Source: Escherichia coli (GTDB lineage Bacteria; Pseudomonadota; Gammaproteobacteria; Enterobacterales; Enterobacteriaceae). Taken from it: a DNA stretch of 64,000 nucleotides. The notes under the pieces are model-generated. The model had not been told where the DNA came from, ran no database searches, and saw only the letters and a program-made list of their open reading frames with translations. Positions within the stretch are counted from its first letter, which is position 1; each line of letters opens with the position of its first letter. Shown here in pieces: positions 57,257 through 64,000 of the stretch. The translations under genes and the position numbers were made by a program. The DNA is taken from assembly GCF_009931435.1 (NCBI RefSeq), contig NZ_CP043415.1; one strand, 5' to 3'.

Positions 57257-58203
57257 TACAGACCGACCTCCGTGAAGAAGTGATGACGATCCGCCATCAC
57301 CATGCGCGAGCGCTTATGTGGGAAGTCGAACTCTTTAATTGTCCGGTATCCCGCAGGCTCAAGATGGCGGAACAGGCGCTGGTTATCGGTGCGTGGCTCC
57401 AGTACTGTGCGCTGCGTACGGGGCTCATCCAGCAGCAGGTAATGTGTCAGCCCGCGCAGCCAGCTTTGCACATAGTGGGCCCCGCGCCATTGCTGTTCAC
57501 CAACCAGCAGATGCAGGCCACGGTCAAAGGGCTGCCACGAATAGTGACGACCAATGCGGTCTTCCGCCGCCCAGTAGATTTCAAAATAGCTGAATGGCCG
57601 ATCGTCGAAGCACCCAATCAGCGGAAATGCATGTTTACCGGTGAGCTGGCGCTCCAGATAGGCGGTCTGTACCTCCAGTGAGCCACTTTGCTCCCAGAAA
57701 TACTCAACGCGCGGATCATTCATCCAGCGGGTGAAACGTTCTGCATCAGAAACGGGATCGGCAATGCGGAAACTCAGCATCCTGCGAATACGTGGATCGT
57801 AACGGCGGTAAACCTCACCCTGCGGACGGGGTGGGCGCTGCGGGAAATAAATCTCACGCTCTGCATCAAAAACCATTTCACCGGAGGCCCGGTTTGCCGG
57901 TGAACTCAACCATAACGGTAACTGCCAGAAGGCGGTACGATGGATAATGTCGCTTTTTACCTGCCCAAAAAGCGTCAGCGCCTGTGGCTCCTCACACCAT
58001 TCGGCCCAGGGGAGAGCCACTGCTGACAGTTGTGGTGCGGCGATAAATATCTGATCCAGCGCATCGCACAGCCACCCTGTCGGCAGCTCCCCGGGACAGT
58101 GCAACACCGCGCTATTGTCCAGTCCCCAGCCAAGATTCAGGGGCTTGTCGAGTTTTTCACAGCGCAGTCCATATCTGCTGTGAATAATGTTTGCCTCAGA
58201 CAT
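57256..58203 (-). CDS. iucB: IucB, N6-hydroxylysine acetyltransferase
   Basis: 315 aa; operon position. Confidence 0.9.
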   Translation of the reverse strand: MSEANIIHSRYGLRCEKLDKPLNLGWGLDNSAVLHCPGELPTGWLCDALDQIFIAAPQLSAVALPWAEWCEEPQALTLFGQVKSDIIHRTAFWQLPLWLSSPANRASGEMVFDAEREIYFPQRPPRPQGEVYRRYDPRIRRMLSFRIADPVSDAERFTRWMNDPRVEYFWEQSGSLEVQTAYLERQLTGKHAFPLIGCFDDRPFSYFEIYWAAEDRIGRHYSWQPFDRGLHLLVGEQQWRGAHYVQSWLRGLTHYLLLDEPRTQRTVLEPRTDNQRLFRHLEPAGYRTIKEFDFPHKRSRMVMADRHHFFTEVGL

Positions 58204-59928
58204 TCAGACCTCCTGAGCCTGCAGCGGGTTAGCGAAATCGAAATAGATCACCGAAGGGTCAACAATGGTGTTCTCGTTATGATCGTTCAGATAACAGAAA
58301 AAGTTACCTTTTACGTTCCAGTACGGACTTTCCAGCACGTAGTTGAGACAGGTTTTATGAGTCACCTGATCACGCACTTCAGCCAGCGATGCTCGTACAC
58401 GAGCCATCAGATTCGATTCGCTGTCCAGCCCGGCAGCCCCCAGCGCAGCGGTCACAGCAAAAGTGGAGTTAACCAGCAGGTAATAAGGGAAATAGCGCAG
58501 CAACTGCTCATGGGTGAAAATATTTTCCGCCTGCGCCTCGCCAATAGAATCGAGCCAGTCTGTCGCGTGAGGCATAAAAGCGCTGCCCTGACAGTCACGG
58601 TAAATAAATCCGACCGGCAGATCCCCAAGCATCTGGACAAGAATATTTTGCTGATGCGCCAGCAGCACCAGGCCGTAATCCGCTTCAGCCGTAAACAGCG
58701 GCTTTAGCACTTGCTGACAGTATGCATCGACCCATGCATGGGCGGCCTGTTGCACAGTGATACCGAGGCGATCGCTCAGGCGTTTTACCGCCGAAACCAG
58801 CAGCGAATCACCGCCATCAGGTGCGGCCTGAGTCAGGGAGACCAGTACGTTGGTCTGGCTTTTCGGCTGATCCACCAGCAGATTTTCACGCAGGGCAAAC
58901 AGACTTTCCTGCATGATGTTGCCGTTAAGATCGAGCAGCCCGGCCCAGCCATCCTCCTGCATTACCCGGAAAGTCGGGAAGCGGACCTGTAGCATCTGCC
59001 AGCCGTCGGTTTGAGCCAGGCGTGCCAGGCGCATCCCACGCTTCACTTCTTTCACGGACAGAGTACGGATGGAGTTGGTCAGCCGTACGCTCAGGGAGAA
59101 CTTGATCATATCGCGGCTGGTGGCACAGTAGAGGGAACGGGAAGAGGTGGTCGGCAGCCACGACGTGCCGGCCTCACCTAAGTCTTTAATCAGCCCTTTA
59201 GCAACAAGTGCCTGGCACCACCCCTGCTGCAAAAGATATTCCCCCTGCCACGGGTGCAACGGGAACAGCCATTGGTTGTCACTTAATTCGTTGAGTAACT
59301 GAGGCGCATTCTCTGCGGCAAATCGCGTCAGCCGCTGTTGAAGGTTGAGATGCAAACTTTCACCGGCGATTTGCGTTTTATCCACCGAAAACCACCGCAG
59401 TGGGAAGTGGGGTGCCATATCAGGCAGGTAGCGTTCAGCCTCCCGCCGGTTAAACGGTTCATGAGACTTAGGCGCAGGGTGGAAAGCGTGTCCTGTCAGC
59501 AGCGCCTGCTCAGCTTCGCCAAAATTCAACGCTTTTTCACGCAGGGCGGTCCAGTCATGACGGGCATCAATTGCCTGTTGCGTATGGGCGTGGCTTTCCA
59601 GCACGCGCTGGTGGAAAGTTTCGCAGAGGGGAACGGGCAGAAACAGTTGATGCCGTAGCTTATCAATAATAAGCCGGGAGAGAGTGGTAAAGTCGACAGG
59701 ATAACTGCCTGATGCCGTGACCAGACGTGCAGGAAATGCAAAGCGGTGATGCTGGGTTGGGGAGAAATAAGCCACTCTGAAATGGAGCGATTTCTGCTCA
59801 TCCAGCGGGATGATCAATTCGTCTGGCGGGTATTCTGTCAGTTTCCAGTCTGTGGTTTCACGAATCAGTGCATTCAGGAAGCACTGCGCAGCCACATCTG
59901 TGGCTGGTTTTTCAGAGGGCAGGGTCAT
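58204..59928 (-). CDS. iucA: IucA, NIS synthetase
   Basis: Start set at MTLPSEKPATDVAAQ (574 aa); the ORF-track N-terminal extension is the Fur box read as codons. Confidence 0.88.
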   Translation of the reverse strand: MTLPSEKPATDVAAQCFLNALIRETTDWKLTEYPPDELIIPLDEQKSLHFRVAYFSPTQHHRFAFPARLVTASGSYPVDFTTLSRLIIDKLRHQLFLPVPLCETFHQRVLESHAHTQQAIDARHDWTALREKALNFGEAEQALLTGHAFHPAPKSHEPFNRREAERYLPDMAPHFPLRWFSVDKTQIAGESLHLNLQQRLTRFAAENAPQLLNELSDNQWLFPLHPWQGEYLLQQGWCQALVAKGLIKDLGEAGTSWLPTTSSRSLYCATSRDMIKFSLSVRLTNSIRTLSVKEVKRGMRLARLAQTDGWQMLQVRFPTFRVMQEDGWAGLLDLNGNIMQESLFALRENLLVDQPKSQTNVLVSLTQAAPDGGDSLLVSAVKRLSDRLGITVQQAAHAWVDAYCQQVLKPLFTAEADYGLVLLAHQQNILVQMLGDLPVGFIYRDCQGSAFMPHATDWLDSIGEAQAENIFTHEQLLRYFPYYLLVNSTFAVTAALGAAGLDSESNLMARVRASLAEVRDQVTHKTCLNYVLESPYWNVKGNFFCYLNDHNENTIVDPSVIYFDFANPLQAQEV

Positions 59929-59970
59929 AGTCAAACAGCTCCCACACAGTAAAATAATAACAATTATGTC

Positions 59971-59989
59971 AATAATGATTCTCATTATC
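59971..59989 (-). promoter_or_regulatory. Fur box (iron box) in the aerobactin promoter
   Basis: AATAATGATTCTCATTATC, a close match to the Fur consensus GATAATGATAATCATTATC, just upstream of iucA. Confidence 0.8.
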
Positions 59990-60063
59990 AATAAGAAATG
60001 TTATTGTCAGATGAATTAATTTTACAAATAAACACAATTAATACATGGAGTTGAAACATTAAA

Positions 60064-61257
60064 ATGTCACCTGGGATCGAAGATACGCCCCAAAAACCAC
60101 TGTCCTGCTGGCCACTTGCGTTCAGTGCCGGGCTTCTCGGTATCGGGCAGAACGGTCTGCTGGTTGTGCTCCCTGTTCTGGTCATACAGACAAATCTGAG
60201 TCTGTCTGTATGGGCTGCCCTGCTGATGCTTGGCTCAATGCTGTTTCTGCCATCGTCCCCGTGGTGGGGAAAGCAAATTTCCCGTACTGGCAGTAAACCT
60301 GTGGTGTTGTGGGCTCTGGGAGGATATGGCATAAGCTTTACCCTGCTAGGGCTGGGAAGCGTGCTGATGGCTACCAGCGCCATAACAACAGCGGTGGGAC
60401 TGGGAATATTAATCATCGCCCGGATCGCCTACGGGCTGACCGTGTCGGCAATGGTGCCAGCCTGTCAGGTCTGGGCATTGCAGAGAGCAGGAGAAGGGAA
60501 TCGCATGGCCGCTCTGGCAACCATCAGCTCCGGCCTGAGTTGCGGCAGGCTATTCGGGCCGCTGTGCGCGGCAGCAATGCTGGCCATTCATCCTCTGGCG
60601 CCACTGGGGCTGCTGATGGCAGCCCCAGTGCTGGCGCTGCTGATGCTGCTGCGGTTGCCCGGCACACCACCACAGCCCACACCGGAGCGCAAGAGCGTCA
60701 GTCTGAAGCGGGATTGTCTGCCTTATCTGCTTTGCGCAATATTACTGGCTGCGGCGGTGAGCATGATGCAGCTTGGACTTTCGCCTGCCCTTACTCGCCA
60801 GTTCGCCACGGATACCACCGCCATTAGCCAACAGGTGGCCTGGCTGTTGGGTCTGTCCGCAGTAGCTGCGCTTATCGCGCAGTTCGGGGTACTCCGTCCG
60901 CAGCGCCTGACTCCGGTGGCCCTGCTCCTGAGTGCCGGAGTGTTGATGAGTGGTGGTCTGGCTATCATGCTCTCCGAACAGCTATGGTTGTTTTACCCGG
61001 GCTGTGCAGTGCTGTCATTTGGAGCTGCTCTGGCAACACCCGCTTATCAACTTCTACTGAATGATAAGCTGGCTGATGGCGCAGGCGCGGGCTGGCTCGC
61101 TACCAGTCACACACTTGGCTATGGACTGTGCGCTTTGCTGGTGCCGCTGGTATCGAAAACAGGTGTCGCAATCGCGCTGATTATGGCGGCATTATTTGCA
61201 ACTATATTATTTACCATTGTGTCTGTATTTATCTGGCATTACCGTGCTATCAAATAA
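60064..61257 (+). CDS. shiF: ShiF-like MFS transporter divergent from the iuc operon
   Basis: 397 aa, about 12 predicted TM segments; divergently transcribed from the aerobactin promoter region. Confidence 0.75.
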   Translation: MSPGIEDTPQKPLSCWPLAFSAGLLGIGQNGLLVVLPVLVIQTNLSLSVWAALLMLGSMLFLPSSPWWGKQISRTGSKPVVLWALGGYGISFTLLGLGSVLMATSAITTAVGLGILIIARIAYGLTVSAMVPACQVWALQRAGEGNRMAALATISSGLSCGRLFGPLCAAAMLAIHPLAPLGLLMAAPVLALLMLLRLPGTPPQPTPERKSVSLKRDCLPYLLCAILLAAAVSMMQLGLSPALTRQFATDTTAISQQVAWLLGLSAVAALIAQFGVLRPQRLTPVALLLSAGVLMSGGLAIMLSEQLWLFYPGCAVLSFGAALATPAYQLLLNDKLADGAGAGWLATSHTLGYGLCALLVPLVSKTGVAIALIMAALFATILFTIVSVFIWHYRAIK

Positions 61258-61642
61258 AGATATGATCATCACCTTACCGGAGTAAATCAGAGGATATGAG
61301 AGAGAACCTGCGTCTGATGAAAGCATGTCAGGCAGTAACACTGGCAAAAATGCACCGCATGGTACAGGGTATGTTCGGTATAAAACCGGCCGGTGTCACT
61401 TAAGTTGCATTGAAGTCATGCTGGTTGTGAGTGCAACATCACATGGCTCTGTCCGGATGCCTGCAGACAATGAGAACAGTGCGATTACTCATTGGGAATG
61501 AGATGAACGCATCCCCAACATTAGATCTGGGGCACCGTGATAAATAAAGGGGAAAATCAGAGAGGTGTCGAGCCTCGCAGATTTCCGGCATCATAGTGCC
61601 CAATACGGGATGCATAAAACTCTCTCAGAGTGGCGTTGATAC

Positions 61643-62682
61643 CTGAAAGAGCTGGAGCGAGAAAATCGTGAACTGCGCCGCAGTAACGATATCCTTCGCC
61701 AGGCTTCCGCTTATTTTGCGAAGGCGGAGTTCGACCGCCTCTGGAAAAAATGATGCCACTGCTGGATAAGCTGCGTGAGCAGTACGGGGTCAGACCGGTA
61801 TGCAGCGAACTGCATATTGCCCCGTCAACGTATTACCATTGTCAGCAACAGCGACATCATCCGGATAAACGCAGTGCCCGTGCGCAGCACGATGACTGGC
61901 TGAAGAAAGAGATACAGCGCGTATACGATGAAAATCACCAGGTATACGGTGTGCGTAAAGTCTGGCGTCAGTTGTTACGGGAAGGTATCAGAGTGGCCAG
62001 ATGCACTGTGGCACGTCTCATGGCAGTTATGGGACTTGCCGGTGTTCTCCGGGGTAAAAAGGTCCGCACTACCGTCAGCCGGAAAGCCGTTGCCGCATGC
62101 GACCGCGTAAACCGTCAGTTCGTGGCAGAACGTCCAGACCAGTTGTGGGTGGCTGATTTTACCTGGGTAAGCACATGGCAGGGCTTCGTTTATGTGGCGT
62201 TCATCATTGATGTGTTCGCCGGATACATCGTGGGATGGCAGGTCTCATCATCCATGGAAACAACATTCGTGCTGGATGCACTGGAGCAGGCGTTGTGGGC
62301 CCGTCGGCCGTCCGGCACAATCCATCACAGTGATAAAGGTTCTCAGTATGTATCGCTGGCCTACACGCAGCGGCTTAAGGAAGCCGGATTACTGGCATCA
62401 ACAGGAAGTACAGGCGACTCGTATGACAACGCGATGGCGGAGAGCATCAATGGTCTTTACAAAGCGGAGGTAATACACCGTAAGAGCTGGAAAAACCGTG
62501 CAGAAGTGGAACTGGCCACACTAACGTGGGTGGACTGGTATAACAATCGACGATTGCTGGAAAGGCTGGGCCATACTCCTCCGGCAGAAGCAGAAAAAGC
62601 TTATTATGCTTCCATCGGAAATAATGATCTGGCAGCCTGAGTTCACAGATAAAATACTCTCCAGGAAACCCGGGGCGGTTCA
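61643..62682 (+). mobile_element. IS629/IS1203-like element, 5'-truncated copy (about IS positions 271-1310)
   Basis: Near-identical to the complete copy from the orfA 3' part through the right inverted repeat; left inverted repeat and orfA 5' end absent. Confidence 0.85.
61750..62640 (+). CDS. IS3-family transposase OrfB (second copy)
   Basis: 296 aa, differs from copy 1 at about 3 residues. Confidence 0.85.
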   Translation: MMPLLDKLREQYGVRPVCSELHIAPSTYYHCQQQRHHPDKRSARAQHDDWLKKEIQRVYDENHQVYGVRKVWRQLLREGIRVARCTVARLMAVMGLAGVLRGKKVRTTVSRKAVAACDRVNRQFVAERPDQLWVADFTWVSTWQGFVYVAFIIDVFAGYIVGWQVSSSMETTFVLDALEQALWARRPSGTIHHSDKGSQYVSLAYTQRLKEAGLLASTGSTGDSYDNAMAESINGLYKAEVIHRKSWKNRAEVELATLTWVDWYNNRRLLERLGHTPPAEAEKAYYASIGNNDLAA

Positions 62683-64000
62683 GCATGACCGGATTTTTAT
62701 CAGTGGGTAGACAGTTGGGAGTGAAGCCTGAACACACCCATTGTTGTCTGTGCACATCAAGCGTGGCCAGAATACGACCCGACGCGCTGTAAATTGCAAA
62801 CTGATGTGTATATACCGAACCGGTATATCCTGGCGGTACAGGGTTTATTTTTAACCATAGGAATTTATGACCACAACGTGTCAGATAATTCCAGACATGA
62901 ACTATTGATGCGCGCATTTAGTTCCTTAGTAAAAAGTCACCAATGGTAATTATGATGTGCAGCATAATCAGCTGCACATACCTCTACATCTGTCACTCTA
63001 ATGACTTTCTCCTACCGCAATCATCACTCCACTGATAATAATCAGACATATAGACACATTATTAAATTAACGAATGGCCGTTCCGGTGAGATCCGATTTT
63101 CTGTCTTATAACAACTTTCCGGAAGTGTAACACGGTTGCGTCTTGGCTCTTGCACCCTTTTCTGTCGTTGTGAACGGGCCCACAGGGAATGAAGGAGACA
63201 CAATATATAGTGTCATTAGCATCTAAATTAAGCACTATATGTTGTGCTGACAGAAGGTGGCGTTGTTGTGGGGGAAAAGGAAGATCCGTAACTATCAGGA
63301 CTCTGACGATTAGTCTTAAGACTGTCGGTAAATTAAGTGATATCAGTTGTCAGGATATTCATGGAGTCAGTCTGTATGCACCTTTGCCATTGAAACAAAC
63401 ATATGAAGTGTACTTCGGATATGACCGTATGTTCAGGAAGTACGGCAGATTGAGTCGAAAATTACCTGTAAAGACAGACATCAGAAAAACAGTGCTCGCC
63501 GCAGACCGGTGACCGGGCGAAGCCCGCGAACCGGCGAGGAAGCGCAATGGATCTGTAGTTACAGTGAGCAGGTACGCCCTGAAGCCTTCATAATCGGTAG
63601 TGTATGCTGTTTTTCTGGAATGATTTATCCACATATCCGGAGGCCCGATCCAGTAAACAGATCCATGAATGATCAACAAAGGATCCATTAAAGATCCCCA
63701 TATCTCTGCAAACCTTGTCACTCATGGGCCGGGACTACGATCACATAAGCTGTGGCATGTTACTGATAAACTGTAACATGCTAATGATAAGCTGTATTCA
63801 GTAATCCATATACTGAAGTAAGTTAATGACATAAACTATGGTCAGTATGCCAGACTCAGTTGTTAAATACAGGCTGCAGGTTTTTCTTCAGTCAGTTAGC
63901 GGAGTTCTGACACACGATTTTCTGTTTATTCTTTTACTGTCCACAGGCTGGAGGCTTTCTGGAAAACGAAAATTCAGACATCAAAAAACTGTTCGGCGAG

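Noticed and set aside
59929-59991. N-terminal extension of iucA (MIMRIIIDIIVIILLCGSCLT)
   Set aside because: The extension is the Fur box (GATAATGAGAATCATTATT) read as codons; the real start is the downstream ATG, giving a 574-aa IucA.
62447-62917. 156-aa minus-strand ORF running from flanking DNA into the right end of the truncated IS629-like copy
   Set aside because: Its C-terminal half is antisense to the IS orfB 3' end (the same artefact as 51614-51850 in copy 1); the remainder has no motif. A gene fragment cannot be excluded.

Overview
This window is a segment of an F-like (IncF, F/R100-type) conjugative virulence plasmid of Enterobacteriaceae. All calls rest on reading the ORF translations and the raw sequence; no database search was run, and coordinates taken from raw sequence may be off by 1-2 nt. 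(1) 1-22.9 kb: the tra operon on the minus strand, from traT (3' end cut by the window edge) through traM, in canonical F order. (2) ~22.9-23.3 kb: oriT with an F-type nic sequence, then gene X (lytic transglycosylase). (3) 23.3-41.6 kb: the leading region, with hok/mok/sok, psiA, psiB, ssb, a klcA-like gene, two orphan DNA methyltransferases, several conserved unknown ORFs, and three copies of a ~0.5-0.65 kb structured repeat (Frpo/ssi-like). A parB-like gene here is split by an IS100 insertion (1954 bp, 5-bp duplication ACACA). (4) 41.6-44.0 kb: a group II intron encoding an RT-maturase-HNH protein, whose 3' end abuts the start codon of the most distal leading-region ORF. (5) 44.4-50.4 kb: impC-impA with a truncated, frameshifted impB; a parMR (stbAB) partition locus; a second parA/RHH-type partition pair; a tyrosine recombinase remnant. 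(6) 50.5-62.7 kb: the aerobactin operon iucABCD-iutA with a Fur box, plus shiF, bracketed by one complete and one 5'-truncated IS629-like element in direct orientation. The best candidates for undescribed biology are the uncharacterised ORFs among known anti-defence genes in the leading region and the intron sitting at the head of that gene string.
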